A stretch of 64,000 nucleotides of DNA, from NCBI GenBank assembly GCA_052437795.1, contig JBQVPA010000008.1; one strand, given 5' to 3'. Positions 37,480 to 48,648 of the stretch are shown piece by piece (the stretch's first letter is position 1; each line of letters begins with the position of its first letter). The stretch comes from Flavobacterium sp. (GTDB taxonomy: Bacteria; Bacteroidota; Bacteroidia; Flavobacteriales; Flavobacteriaceae). The notes beneath the pieces are model-generated. The model worked only from the letters and a program-made list of their open reading frames with translations, did no database searches and had not been told where the DNA came from. The translations under genes and the position numbers were made by a program.

Positions 37480-38700
37480 ATGATGAAATTCGGAATAATA
37501 AAGGAAGGGAAAGTGCCGCCGGATAAGCGGGCTGTGTTTTCGCCGAAAATGCTGAGGGCCTTCGCGGACATGTATCCGCAGGCAGAAATTAAAGTTCAAC
37601 CTTCAGATATCCGCATCTTTAAAGATGAAGAATACAGGGAAATGGGGTTTGAATTAAGCAATGATATGAGCGATCGCGATGTGCTCATCGGGGTAAAAGA
37701 GGTGCCGATCGATGCATTGATACCTGAAAAAAAATATTTCTTTTTTTCGCATACCATCAAGCAGCAGCCACATAATAAAAAACTCCTTCAGGCTATCATT
37801 GACCTCGATATAGAATTGTACGACCATGAAACTATCGTAGATGAGAACAATAAAAGGCTTATCGGCTTTGGTAGGTATGCCGGGAATGTTGGTGCTTACA
37901 ACGGATTTAGGGCATTTGGCGATAAATTTGAACTTTTCACCCTGCCAAAGGCTGAATCGCTGGCAGATAAAGATGCTCTGGTGGCCAGGCTTAAAAGGCT
38001 TACCCTGCCACCTGTAAAGATAGTGCTTACCGGAAAGGGTAAGGTAGGAATGGGGGCAAAGGAGATACTTGATGATATAAAGATCAAGCAGGTAGGTGTA
38101 GACGATTTCCTTACTAAGACTTATGATGTGCCGGTGTATGTACAAATAGATGTATTGGACTACAACAAGCGCAAGGACGGTAAAAAGCTGGATAACAGCG
38201 ATTTTTACAGTAACCCGGCGGAGTATGTGTCAGATTTTGAAAGGTTTGCAAATGTTTCCGATATTTTCATGGCCGGGCATTTTTACGGTAATAACGCTCC
38301 TGTGATACTTACACAGGAAATGCTGAGATCCAAAAATAATAAGATAAAAGTTGTTGCCGATATATCCTGCGATGTTGACGGACCTATAGCCTGCACAGTG
38401 AGGTCTTCTACTATAGCGGAGCCTTTTTACGGCTATAATCCTGCAGAAGGAAAAGAGGTTGACATGCACCACCCTGCCGCCATTGTAATAATGGCTGTAG
38501 ATAACCTGCCGTGTGAACTGCCTAAAGATGCTACCGAAGGATTTGGCGAAATGTTCCTGAAGCACGTGATACCGGCTTTCTATAACAATGATAAAGATGG
38601 TATACTGAAGAGGGCAAAGATAACCGAAAAGGGCCATCTTGCCGACAGGTTCAGCTATCTCGAAGGATATATAGAACAAAAAGAATCAGTGCCCCATTAA
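37480..38700 (+). CDS. AlaDh/PNT-family NAD(P)-dependent oxidoreductase (saccharopine dehydrogenase-like)
   Basis: GIIKEGKVPPDKR, GVKEVP, FFSHTIKQQPHN, IGFGRYAG, VADISCD, MAVDNLPCELP. Confidence 0.8.
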   Translation: MMKFGIIKEGKVPPDKRAVFSPKMLRAFADMYPQAEIKVQPSDIRIFKDEEYREMGFELSNDMSDRDVLIGVKEVPIDALIPEKKYFFFSHTIKQQPHNKKLLQAIIDLDIELYDHETIVDENNKRLIGFGRYAGNVGAYNGFRAFGDKFELFTLPKAESLADKDALVARLKRLTLPPVKIVLTGKGKVGMGAKEILDDIKIKQVGVDDFLTKTYDVPVYVQIDVLDYNKRKDGKKLDNSDFYSNPAEYVSDFERFANVSDIFMAGHFYGNNAPVILTQEMLRSKNNKIKVVADISCDVDGPIACTVRSSTIAEPFYGYNPAEGKEVDMHHPAAIVIMAVDNLPCELPKDATEGFGEMFLKHVIPAFYNNDKDGILKRAKITEKGHLADRFSYLEGYIEQKESVPH

Positions 38701-38713
38701 TGGGGCATTTTTT
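38690..38713 (+). terminator. Intrinsic terminator
   Basis: TGCCCCAT-TA-ATGGGGCA followed by a T run. Confidence 0.6.
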
Positions 38714-38766
38714 ATTTTAGGCATTTGTAGAATTGTTTGCTACTTTTGAGAAGTAAATATTATGGA

Positions 38767-41511
38767 ATGCCTCATAAAAAGCTGTTTTATCTCATTCTGC
38801 TATTGTTTCCGGCACTGCTTAGTGCTCAGGGACTGCTGCCTTTTGTAGAAAATTTCACAAAATCGGAATACGCCGGCGACAATCAGGTCTGGAACGTAGC
38901 ACAGGGTAATGACAATGCCATGTATTTTGCCAATAACCACTTCTTTCTTCGGTACAATGGCGTAAAATGGGAAAAGTATTCATTGCCTAACAAGACCATT
39001 ATCCGCTCGGTATTTGTGGACGGCGACAGGATATACTGTGGCTCCTACAAAGAATTTGGTTATTGGGAACGCGTAAAGGGTAAAATGGTATATGTATCGC
39101 TATCTAAAGAAAAAGACCTCTTTTTGGGCAATGCAGACAATGAAGAGATCTGGAAGGTATTTAAGCACAATGGCAAAATATATTTCCAGTCGTTCAATGA
39201 GATCTACATCCATGATGGAAGATCTGTCGACAAGGTAAAATTCCCCTACCAGATATCATATTGTTATATTATCGACGACACCATTTACGTAGCCTCTGTA
39301 CGCAATGGTATGTATATCATGGAAGGAAAAAAGTTCCGCACCGTTGATGAGTGGCAGCAACTTAGGGGCAATGTTATTCATGGCATGGAAAAAAACCGTG
39401 GCGATATCTATATCTTCTCAAAAAGCAATGGGGTTTACATTGCATCAAGGGACAAGCTGATCCCCTGGAAAAGCAATGTCAATGATGTGCTTAAGGGCGA
39501 TGTAATACTTTCTGCTAAATTTATTGACGAGAATACCCTCGCTATAGGTACCGGGCTTAGGGGATTGTACATTATTAATATGAATACCGGCGAATACCGG
39601 AACATCAACAGGAAGAATGCCCTGAAGAACAATGCCGTGCTATCGATAGCCCTGGACAGGGAAAAGGATATATGGCTCGGACTCGACAATGGCATATCCC
39701 ATGTTGAGGTAAACTCGCCTGTATCGGTATTTTCAGACGGGGCAGGGATATTAGGGTCGGTTTATTCACTTGCCACCACAGATAAAGGTTACCTTTTTGT
39801 GACCAATCACGGGATTTTTACTTATGATAACGTCAATCTTGATGCAGTGCCAAATTCACAAGGGCAGGTGTGGGATATTTATAAAAATGGCAGTGAATTC
39901 GTGATCGGGCATAATGACGGGACTTTTGTGTATAATGGCTCCGCACTTAAATGGGCGAATCCGGTAAATGGTGGGTGGAAATTCTTAAAAAGCGATTATG
40001 ATAATGTCTGGTTCCAGGCGAATTACTCAGGAATAGCTATTTACGATGATATTAATGACCTGACCAAATGGAAGATACTCGACAGTATCACCAAACCCAT
40101 CAGGAACATTGCGCAAAACAAACCCGGTGAGTTGTGGGCTGCAGATAATTACCGTAGTCTTTACCGCATAACATACGGTCCCGACTTCAAGGTAAAGAAG
40201 GTGGAAAATATATCTGCGAAAAATAATATCAAGAGTGATTTTGGTGTAAGGATATTTAATTTCAGGAATGAAATATTGTTCCTGATCAACAATACCTGGT
40301 ATACCTATAATGCCATTGATGCAAAACTGGTAAAGCATGATGCCTTCAACAGGACTTTCAGGAATATAACAGATATTATCCCTATCGACGACGATAATTT
40401 TATGGTTATAAAGGATGGACGGCTTTACACGATATCCAGTTCCGGTAATGAATTTGTGTGGAAGCTTTTACCCGAAAAATATTATGAGGGACGGCTTATC
40501 CTGGAAAATACTTTAGCGAACAGGGACGGCAACAGATTACTGGTCAACCTTGATGATGGTTTTTTATCGTTTGAACCCAATAGGGAGAAGCCCAAGAAGC
40601 ACAATATTACAATTGAAGCTTTTTATCACGGTTTGCCTATAGATGAGGATACAAGGATAAAGTACAACCAACCCGTACAGGTAAATGTTATTTCGGGTTA
40701 TTTTGGCTTTAATCATCCTGATCTTTTTTACAGACTGAACGGTGAGGACTTCATTCCTGTAGAGAACGGCAATATCACACTAAATAACCTTAGCAGTGGG
40801 ATCCAGGAATTGGAGGTGTTTTATAACAATGGCGTAAATTATGTAAAGCTGGCCGATTATGACTTCAGGGTAAACCGGCCATGGTATTTTTCAATTTTCA
40901 TGATCTTAGTGTATGTACTGGCGATATCGTGTATATTCTTCCTTTACTACAGGTGGAACAAGGTAAGATATAATCAAAAGATAAGGCTTAATGAAGAAGA
41001 GCTCAAGCACAGCCGTGAAATACTTGAGCTGGAAATGCAGGCAGAGAATAATTTAAGGATTCAGGAATATGAAAAGCACATCCTGGAAATGGAGGTTCAA
41101 ACCAAAGCATCTGAAGTGGCAGGGAAATCATTATCTATAGCCAAGCATAGCGAAATGATAGACAGCATCCAGGAGGTGTTAGATTCAGAATCTGACGGTG
41201 CCCAGATTAAGTCAAAGGTCAAAAAGATCCTAAAGACAAATGCCATCAATAAAAATGAATGGCTCAATTTTGAAAAGAACCTGCTTAAAAGTAATGAGGA
41301 ATTCGTAGAAAAGCTATCGAGAAAATATCCTGATCTGACGCCTAAAGATATTAAGCTGTCGATATACCTTAAGATGAATTTATCATCAAAAGAGATAGCC
41401 CCACTTATGAATATTTCATTCCGTGGAGTGGAACTACACCGATACCGACTCCGAAAAAAGCTGGGCATTAGTACAGAAGAGAGTCTTTACAAGTTTATGA
41501 TTACAATATAA
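38767..41511 (+). CDS. PUL regulator: beta-propeller sensor, Y_Y_Y-like domain, TM, C-terminal LuxR-like HTH
   Basis: Repeated propeller motifs (DNQVW, LGLDNGIS), RPWYFS TM, LTPKDIKLSIYLKMNLSSKEIAPLMNISFRGVELHRYRLRKKL. Confidence 0.85.
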   Translation: MPHKKLFYLILLLFPALLSAQGLLPFVENFTKSEYAGDNQVWNVAQGNDNAMYFANNHFFLRYNGVKWEKYSLPNKTIIRSVFVDGDRIYCGSYKEFGYWERVKGKMVYVSLSKEKDLFLGNADNEEIWKVFKHNGKIYFQSFNEIYIHDGRSVDKVKFPYQISYCYIIDDTIYVASVRNGMYIMEGKKFRTVDEWQQLRGNVIHGMEKNRGDIYIFSKSNGVYIASRDKLIPWKSNVNDVLKGDVILSAKFIDENTLAIGTGLRGLYIINMNTGEYRNINRKNALKNNAVLSIALDREKDIWLGLDNGISHVEVNSPVSVFSDGAGILGSVYSLATTDKGYLFVTNHGIFTYDNVNLDAVPNSQGQVWDIYKNGSEFVIGHNDGTFVYNGSALKWANPVNGGWKFLKSDYDNVWFQANYSGIAIYDDINDLTKWKILDSITKPIRNIAQNKPGELWAADNYRSLYRITYGPDFKVKKVENISAKNNIKSDFGVRIFNFRNEILFLINNTWYTYNAIDAKLVKHDAFNRTFRNITDIIPIDDDNFMVIKDGRLYTISSSGNEFVWKLLPEKYYEGRLILENTLANRDGNRLLVNLDDGFLSFEPNREKPKKHNITIEAFYHGLPIDEDTRIKYNQPVQVNVISGYFGFNHPDLFYRLNGEDFIPVENGNITLNNLSSGIQELEVFYNNGVNYVKLADYDFRVNRPWYFSIFMILVYVLAISCIFFLYYRWNKVRYNQKIRLNEEELKHSREILELEMQAENNLRIQEYEKHILEMEVQTKASEVAGKSLSIAKHSEMIDSIQEVLDSESDGAQIKSKVKKILKTNAINKNEWLNFEKNLLKSNEEFVEKLSRKYPDLTPKDIKLSIYLKMNLSSKEIAPLMNISFRGVELHRYRLRKKLGISTEESLYKFMITI

Positions 41512-41570
41512 AAACGTATACATAATTACCATTTTATCATCATTTTAAGTATATGATCGCATCTCATTAG

Positions 41571-41681
41571 TACATCATCACTACATCATATGTGTTAATT
41601 TTGATGTGTGTTTTTTTAACATAATATATTTAAAATCATTGGTTTGCATTTTAATATTTGTTATTTGATGTAGTATATTTG
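41571..41681 (+). promoter_or_regulatory. susC promoter with TACATCA/TGATGT repeats and -7 element TATATTTG
   Basis: TACATCA at 41571 and 41582, TGATGTG at 41602, TGATGTAG at 41666 abutting TATATTTG at 41674-41681. Confidence 0.55.
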
Positions 41682-41749
41682 AAATACAAAATGTACAGCT
41701 ATAACGTTTTAGTGCTAAATTTGGGTTAAATAAAAATTTTTAATTACCC

Positions 41750-44566
41750 ATGAGGAAAGCATTACTCAATATTAGTTTATTATTGACGGGTGTTGCAGCA
41801 TTTTCGCAAGTACCTCCTACTACTGTGAACGATTCCGTATTCAATGATTCCATCTTTTTTGATGACCAGATGGAAGAAGTTGTACTTATCGGTTATGGTA
41901 CAAGAAAGGCGGGCGCGATCACTGGGTCTGTTACTCAGATCAAGGCCGCGGATATAGTGCGGACACCTGCACAATCGGCCATACAATCTATCCAGGGAAA
42001 GGCGGCAGGTGTGAACATTGTGACAAATGATGAACCAGGAGGCACACCATCGATAAGGATCAGGGGACTTGGTACTGTTACAGGTGCCCGCGACCCATTA
42101 TATGTTATTGATGGTATCGAGACATCTAACCTAAATGGGATTAACCCGAATGATATTGCTACTATTGACATACTTAAAGATGCATCTTCACTTGCAATAT
42201 ACGGACAGAAAGGTTCGAACGGTGTGATCCTTATCACGACTAAAAAAGGTAAAGTGGGTGACATTAAGGTTTCTTATGATGCCTATTATGGGCAAAAATT
42301 CATACAGCGTGAGGTTGACATGGCCAACTCGTACCGTTTTGCCTACTTTAATAACGCTGCATTGGGCGATCCTGCATACTTTAATTCGGCTCAGCCTTAC
42401 AATACCAACTGGCTTGATGAGATAACAGATACAGGCCAGGTAATGAGCAATTCGATATCCCTCTCCGGTGCGTCTGAGCAGGCTACTTACTATTTTGGTG
42501 CTTCAAACTATAAAGAGGAAGGTATACTTAGCGGCACAAAATTCGAAAGGACAAATGTTATCAGCAACAACACTTACAAATTATTTGATGACAAACTAAA
42601 GGTTACATCATTCATCAACCTCTCTACAAATAAGGGAACGCCAAAACCTGTCAGCGCATTTACCAATGCTTATAGGCAATCGCCTGCTGTTCCTGTGCGT
42701 TTTGAGAACGGCCGTTGGGGGGTACCATTGAGGGATCCGGCGACAGGACTTGTGAGCATTAATGGTAGCGACAGGTTCAATAACGTGGCCAATCCGGTAG
42801 CACAGCTTGCGAATTTTCATGAAGAGAACAGGAATACCACCCTTATAGGGTCTGTAAATGCAGAGCTGAAATTGTTGGAATATGTGAAATTTAATTCAAA
42901 TTTTGGTGCAACTGCCAACTGGAGCAAAGGATACACGTATACTCCTACAAGGGAAATTTTCCTTACAGGCAATCCCACCCTCACGGTTGACGATTACATA
43001 GCCCAAAATCCAAACAATCCTATTATCAATACCCTGCAGCAGCGCAGGAGCACAAGCTATAGGTGGAACTGGGATAACTACGCTACCTTCAGCAAGACAT
43101 TTAACGATGACCACAACGTTACGGTTGTAGCAGGCTTGTCGAGGACTACGACAAATATATCTGAATTCCTTAATGCTACGAGGCAGGATGTTCCTACGCA
43201 GTCAAACTATTGGAACCTTGATCTTGCATCTTACAATGGCGAAGTTGCCCCAGGCTCTGTGGCACAAAATAACAGTACTACACCGATCGTTTCTGTTGCT
43301 TACTTTGGCAGGGCAGAGTATGATTATAAGGGCAAATACCTGTTTTCTGCATCTGTAAGAAGAGAGGGTATCAGTGCTTTTACTGAGGATAAGCGTTTTG
43401 AGATATTCCCATCGGTATCTGCCGGATGGGTGCTTACCAGCGAAGATTTCATCAAGGATGTGAAATTCCTTGACAGCTTTAAGATACGCGGCGGCTATGG
43501 CGAGGTAGGCAATGCCAATGCCAGTACCATAAACACGATCCTTTTCAACACCGGTGCTAACTATGCTTTTGGCCCGGGCCAGGAGATCCAGCCGGGTAAT
43601 AATGTTCCGTTCCAGGTAGACCCGAACCTTACTTGGGAAACCATGAAGGAGATCGACTTAGGTTTTGATTTTTCGGCACTTGATTCAAGGTTGACCGGTA
43701 CTTTTGATTACTATGACCGCAAGACAGATAATGTAATACTTCCGGTAGCGGTACCTACGGTGCTTTCGCCTGAGCCGGTATTGCTTAACAGCGGACTTGT
43801 GAGCAATAAGGGTGTAGAGCTATCTTTAAAATGGCAGGATAATATTGGCGACAACTTCAACTATTGGGTAGGAGGTAACGTTTCGCACAATAAAAATAAG
43901 CTCGAAGAAGTATACAGCCCATTCTTTGGTGACTACATTGGCGGAAGCCTTGGCAATGGCCAGTACACTAAGCAGGTACTTGAGGGACAGCCACTGGGTA
44001 CATTCTATGTATATGAAACCACAGGATATGATTCAGATGGTGCCTTTACCTACAGCGATCAGAGGGTTGCGGCAGGATCATACATCCCTACAGTTACATA
44101 TGGCTTCAATTTCGGAGCCAGCTACAAAGGTGTAGACCTTTCGGTAGATGCGTACGGTGTGGGCGGCAACAAGCTTTACAACGGTAAGAAAGCACAGCGC
44201 TTTGGCGGGGAAAATGTTGAGAATGCCGTGCTTGAGAACTTCTGGCTGCCGGGTAACCCGAACGCTGCCAATCCGCGCCCGTCGAACAACGTTCCGCGTG
44301 CTTCTACCTACTACATAGAGAATGGCGATTTCTTAAGGATAAATAACATAACCCTTGGCTATACGCTGCCGCAGTTGTATGAAGGCATTGATAAAGTAAG
44401 ATTGTACGTAACGGCATTAAACCCTTTTCTGTTTACAAATTACAGCGGATTCTCTCCTGAGATCGTAGGTAATGAAAATGCCAGCCCTTTGGGCAACGCA
44501 GGCATTGAGCTCGATGCCTACCCAACGAACAAGACATTCTTATTCGGCATCAACGTTAATTTCTAA
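41750..44566 (+). CDS. susC: SusC/RagA TonB-dependent transporter
   Basis: EEVVLIGYG, PLYVIDG, LKDASSLAIYG, NGVILITTK, NLTWET, terminal Phe. Confidence 0.93.
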   Translation: MRKALLNISLLLTGVAAFSQVPPTTVNDSVFNDSIFFDDQMEEVVLIGYGTRKAGAITGSVTQIKAADIVRTPAQSAIQSIQGKAAGVNIVTNDEPGGTPSIRIRGLGTVTGARDPLYVIDGIETSNLNGINPNDIATIDILKDASSLAIYGQKGSNGVILITTKKGKVGDIKVSYDAYYGQKFIQREVDMANSYRFAYFNNAALGDPAYFNSAQPYNTNWLDEITDTGQVMSNSISLSGASEQATYYFGASNYKEEGILSGTKFERTNVISNNTYKLFDDKLKVTSFINLSTNKGTPKPVSAFTNAYRQSPAVPVRFENGRWGVPLRDPATGLVSINGSDRFNNVANPVAQLANFHEENRNTTLIGSVNAELKLLEYVKFNSNFGATANWSKGYTYTPTREIFLTGNPTLTVDDYIAQNPNNPIINTLQQRRSTSYRWNWDNYATFSKTFNDDHNVTVVAGLSRTTTNISEFLNATRQDVPTQSNYWNLDLASYNGEVAPGSVAQNNSTTPIVSVAYFGRAEYDYKGKYLFSASVRREGISAFTEDKRFEIFPSVSAGWVLTSEDFIKDVKFLDSFKIRGGYGEVGNANASTINTILFNTGANYAFGPGQEIQPGNNVPFQVDPNLTWETMKEIDLGFDFSALDSRLTGTFDYYDRKTDNVILPVAVPTVLSPEPVLLNSGLVSNKGVELSLKWQDNIGDNFNYWVGGNVSHNKNKLEEVYSPFFGDYIGGSLGNGQYTKQVLEGQPLGTFYVYETTGYDSDGAFTYSDQRVAAGSYIPTVTYGFNFGASYKGVDLSVDAYGVGGNKLYNGKKAQRFGGENVENAVLENFWLPGNPNAANPRPSNNVPRASTYYIENGDFLRINNITLGYTLPQLYEGIDKVRLYVTALNPFLFTNYSGFSPEIVGNENASPLGNAGIELDAYPTNKTFLFGINVNF

Positions 44567-44596
44567 ACAGCATCAACAAATATAAACAGAATTGAA

Positions 44597-46054
44597 ATGA
44601 ACAAGAATTTTCCATATAGGGCCATAGCCGGGATAATGATCGTTACAGCAGCGTTCACTTCCTGTGACGACGACCTAAACGTAGACCCACAGAATGCCCT
44701 TACAGAACAGGATTTTCTAAATAATCCTGATAATGCTGTACAGTTGGTGAATGGCGTATATAATAAGATGCTGGACTTTAACATGTATTCCTTTCCATGG
44801 ATAGGCATGACCAGCATTACATCAGACGATGCCGATAAAGGATCCACACCAAGCGATACAGGCTCCGATAAGCATAAACTCGACGCGTTGACCTTTGACC
44901 CTTCAGATATTTCGTTCAACGATGTATGGCAGGGCAGGTATGCAGGGATCTACAGGGCCAATAACGCTCTATTTTATCTTGAACAGCTAACGATCAACCA
45001 GTCCTTAAAAGACAGGCTGATAGGCGAAGTAAAATTCCTGAGGGCATTTTGGTATTTTGACCTGGTGCGCTGCTACGGCGATGTCCCGCTTGTTGTACAG
45101 AAGATCGACCTGAACGATACCGAAACGATAAACCAAACCGTATTCGTAAGAAGGCCAAAAGCAGATGTTTATGCCCAGATCGAAGCCGACCTTACTGATG
45201 CGATAGGTAAACTGCCGCTGAAAAGCCAATATCCTTCTGCCGACCTGGGCAGAGCTACCAAGGGCGCTGCACAGGCTTTGCTTGCAAAAGCCCACCTGTA
45301 CCAGCAGGAATGGGAAGCTGCATTTACCATGGCAGGAGAGGTGATCGGTTCGGGACAATATGATCTGATGGATGACTATGCACAGGTATGGCGTGAAACA
45401 GGTGAGAATGGTAGCGAATCGATATTCGAAGTGCAGGCAACGCTTACCAAAGGCATGATACAATATACCGATGTTCAGGGCCCTCGCGGAACACCGGATC
45501 TTGGCTGGGGCTTTAATACGCCTTCGGTGAACCTTTCTAACTCTTATGCGGCTAACGATCCACGCAGGCAGGCTACCATTATGTATGTTCCCGGCACATT
45601 GTGGGATGGTTTCATTGCTCCAACGACCTGGAACAACCCAAGGTATAATTATAAGTCGTACCAAAGCAGCATAGCCGAGTCGTGGAACGGCAACAAAGGT
45701 GAAACAGCAAAGAACCTCAGGCTGCTTAAATATAGCGATATCCTGCTGATAAGGGCGGAAGCAGCTTTCCATATGGGCAATACTACCGAGGCGAGCGACA
45801 GGGTAAATGAAATACGCGGCAGGGTAGGGCTTGGCGAACTTTCAGGCATCACACTACAGCAGATATACAACGAAAGGCGCTGGGAAATGGCCATGGAACA
45901 CGACAGGTGGTTCGACCTGGTGCGCACCGGACAGGCGCAGGCAGCCATGGCGGCTGATGGCAAAACCTTTATTGTGGGCAAGCACGAGGTATTCCCTATA
46001 CCTGAAGCTCAGATCGCAGTGAGTGGCGGACTTTTGACACAGAACAATTATTAA
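44597..46054 (+). CDS. susD: SusD/RagB glycan-binding lipoprotein
   Basis: FTS-C lipobox, GEVKFLRAFWYF, GRATKGAA, YSDILLIRAEA, ERRWEMAME. Confidence 0.93.
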   Translation: MNKNFPYRAIAGIMIVTAAFTSCDDDLNVDPQNALTEQDFLNNPDNAVQLVNGVYNKMLDFNMYSFPWIGMTSITSDDADKGSTPSDTGSDKHKLDALTFDPSDISFNDVWQGRYAGIYRANNALFYLEQLTINQSLKDRLIGEVKFLRAFWYFDLVRCYGDVPLVVQKIDLNDTETINQTVFVRRPKADVYAQIEADLTDAIGKLPLKSQYPSADLGRATKGAAQALLAKAHLYQQEWEAAFTMAGEVIGSGQYDLMDDYAQVWRETGENGSESIFEVQATLTKGMIQYTDVQGPRGTPDLGWGFNTPSVNLSNSYAANDPRRQATIMYVPGTLWDGFIAPTTWNNPRYNYKSYQSSIAESWNGNKGETAKNLRLLKYSDILLIRAEAAFHMGNTTEASDRVNEIRGRVGLGELSGITLQQIYNERRWEMAMEHDRWFDLVRTGQAQAAMAADGKTFIVGKHEVFPIPEAQIAVSGGLLTQNNY

Positions 46055-46093
46055 CAATGCTAATACTAACTTAATTTTTTTAATTTTTTTACT

Positions 46094-47026
46094 ATGAAAA
46101 CAATCAAAATTTTTGCTTACGCCCTGGCAATTACTTCAGGGTTCGTATTTACATCTTGCGGCAGCGATGATTCGGATAACAGCCTTCCTCCGATCGGTGG
46201 GTACGATAGCGCGGATGAGGTTGCTATGGCAGACCTTTTGGCTTACTGGCCGCTTGATGGTGACGGAAAAGAAGAGAAATCAGGATCTACTCCTACAAAT
46301 ACTGTGGGCGCTTCATGGGTTGCCGGAAAAAAGGGGCAGGCAGTTAGCCTTTCTTCAGGTTTCCTAAAGTATGGTTCGATACCAGCACTTAACATACAAA
46401 ATGGAAGTATTACTGTGAGCTGTTGGGCAAAGATCTCTAACACAAAAACTGCACCAAATGCTGAAAGTCACATTTCACCGCTAATTTCTTTCGCGGGTGG
46501 GCCTAATGCAAACGTTGGTAACCTTGCTATCTTCGGAAATACTCACGGACTTGTGACTAGCGACTCTATCCAGATGAAGGCAGAATTCCACTTCTCTAAG
46601 CCTGATGGTACTGAGTTTGGCGGCGATGCGATAAATCTTACAAAAATGGAGCAATGGATGATAGATGGCAATGCAGCCGGACAAAATCCTGCACATGCTG
46701 CTTTTGCTAATAAAATTGGCGGACAGTGGGCACATGTATTGTTTACTTATGACAGCGCTACAGCAATGGTAGGCCTTTATGTGAATGGTGTCAAGATATC
46801 TAACCCGGCTTGGGAAAGCAGGAACAATGGCAACCCAATGCCAATGTCATTCTTTACTCCAAACCACCCGATCATCGGTGCTCTTAATAGCGTAGCTGAA
46901 GGCACGAATGTTGATGCATGGAATAAAGCACTTACAGGCCAGGTGGATGAGATCCGCGTATACAAAAAAGCGCTTATCCAGGCTGATATTACAGCTCTTT
47001 ACCAGCTTGAGGCTGCAGGAAGGTAG
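46094..47026 (+). CDS. LamG/concanavalin-like surface lipoprotein (likely glycan-binding)
   Basis: FTS-C lipobox, AYWPLDG, ITVSCW, WAHV, LYVNG, GQVDEIRVYKKAL. Confidence 0.82.
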   Translation: MKTIKIFAYALAITSGFVFTSCGSDDSDNSLPPIGGYDSADEVAMADLLAYWPLDGDGKEEKSGSTPTNTVGASWVAGKKGQAVSLSSGFLKYGSIPALNIQNGSITVSCWAKISNTKTAPNAESHISPLISFAGGPNANVGNLAIFGNTHGLVTSDSIQMKAEFHFSKPDGTEFGGDAINLTKMEQWMIDGNAAGQNPAHAAFANKIGGQWAHVLFTYDSATAMVGLYVNGVKISNPAWESRNNGNPMPMSFFTPNHPIIGALNSVAEGTNVDAWNKALTGQVDEIRVYKKALIQADITALYQLEAAGR

Positions 47027-47050
47027 TTCTTAATTCCTATTATAAGTTAG

Positions 47051-47082
47051 CCCGGCGGGTGCGCCTGCCGGGTATTTTTTTT
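47051..47082 (+). terminator. Intra-PUL hairpin terminator
   Basis: CCCGGC...GCCGGG stem followed by T8. Confidence 0.65.
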
Positions 47083-47163
47083 CCGCTTTATGCGAGAACA
47101 GTATTGCCCCCAATAATACTGTAATTCCAAAAATATTTCCAAAATCATCATCAAAATTCAACA

Positions 47164-48543
47164 ATGAAAATTATCCAGTTATTCATCATCCTTACTTTAT
47201 GCATCTCCTGCTCATCCTGCGATTCCAAAAATGATGAGAATGATGAAGACAACCCTCCGGTAACGGAGCCAATGACTGACGAGCAGATACTTGATCTTGC
47301 TCAAAAAGATGCCCTAAAATACTTTTGGGAATACGCACACCCCAATTCAAAACTGGCACGTGAGCGATACCATACCGATGATCCCGGGAATGATGCCAAT
47401 ATAGTTACCACAGGTGGGTCGGGCTTTGGGCTCATGACCATAATAGTGGGTATTGAGCGCGGCTTCATTCCGCGCGAAGAAGCAGTTACGAGATTGCAGA
47501 CGGCACTTAACTTTTTAGAGAATGCCGACAGGTTCCATGGTGCATGGCCGCATTGGATGAATGGTACCAATGGCGATGTGATCCCGTTTGGCACAGTAGA
47601 CAATGGCGGTGACCTGGTGGAAACCTCATTTTTATGCCAGGGGCTGATATGCCTTCGCGAATATTTTAAAGATGGTAACGATGCCGAGCAGGCGATCGCC
47701 CAGCAAGCCGACGAACTTTGGAAAGGCGTGGACTGGAACTGGTACACAAGGGGCGGCCAGAACGCGCTATACTGGCACTGGTCTCCGGAATATGAATGGC
47801 AGCTCAACTTTAAGCTGGAAGGCTATAACGAATGCCTTATAACATACATCATGGCAGCAGCATCGCCTACACACCCCGTAGGAGCAGCGGCTTATCACGA
47901 AGCATGGGCCAGGAACGGGAACATCGTTCACGGCGGGCAGCGTTACAATATACCTGTGGTCTTTAACTACAATGGGGCCACGGGCAATGTAGGGCCTTTG
48001 TTCTGGGCGCATTACTCTTACTTGGGAATGGATCCCCGCGGCCTTACCGACCAGTATGCAAATTACTGGACACTGGTGCAAAACCATGCAAAGATACATC
48101 ATGCTTACAGTGTGGCTAACCCTTACGGTTTCCAGGGTTACAGCGATAAGGTTTGGGGATTGACAGCAAGCTATACGCGCAACCAGGATGGCTCAACAGG
48201 CTACAGCGCACACTCACCTGTAAATGACAGGGGCGTGATATCACCAACTGCCGCCTTATCATCATTCCCCTATACTCCGGCAGAATCGATGAAGCTGCTA
48301 AGGTTCGTATATGAAGATGCCGACTGGAAAGGCAGGCTTGTAGGGGTTGCAGGGCCGTATGATGCCTTTAGCATACACCATAACTGGGTTACGCCAAGAT
48401 ACCTGGCGATCGATCAGGGCACGATTGCCCCGATGATCGAGAACCATCGTACCGGTTTATTGTGGAACCTTTTCATGCAGGCGCCTGAGGTACAGCAGGG
48501 GATGACTACCCTTGGCTTCCACTCTACGCAGCATGGATTTTAA
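47164..48543 (+). CDS. GH144-like (glucoamylase-fold) lipoprotein, probable endo-beta-1,2-glucanase
   Basis: TGGSGFG, RFHGAWPHW, GGDLVET, WHWSP, YNECLITY, GPLFWAHYSY, WGLTAS, YLAIDQG..MIENHR. Confidence 0.8.
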   Translation: MKIIQLFIILTLCISCSSCDSKNDENDEDNPPVTEPMTDEQILDLAQKDALKYFWEYAHPNSKLARERYHTDDPGNDANIVTTGGSGFGLMTIIVGIERGFIPREEAVTRLQTALNFLENADRFHGAWPHWMNGTNGDVIPFGTVDNGGDLVETSFLCQGLICLREYFKDGNDAEQAIAQQADELWKGVDWNWYTRGGQNALYWHWSPEYEWQLNFKLEGYNECLITYIMAAASPTHPVGAAAYHEAWARNGNIVHGGQRYNIPVVFNYNGATGNVGPLFWAHYSYLGMDPRGLTDQYANYWTLVQNHAKIHHAYSVANPYGFQGYSDKVWGLTASYTRNQDGSTGYSAHSPVNDRGVISPTAALSSFPYTPAESMKLLRFVYEDADWKGRLVGVAGPYDAFSIHHNWVTPRYLAIDQGTIAPMIENHRTGLLWNLFMQAPEVQQGMTTLGFHSTQHGF

Positions 48544-48648
48544 AGAATAGAATGATCAGGATTTTTTCATAGCAATTCTTTTTCAGTACCGTCTTTTGCT
48601 TTGGCGGAAGACGGTATTTTTTACAATTCAAATTCGAAATATATAATA

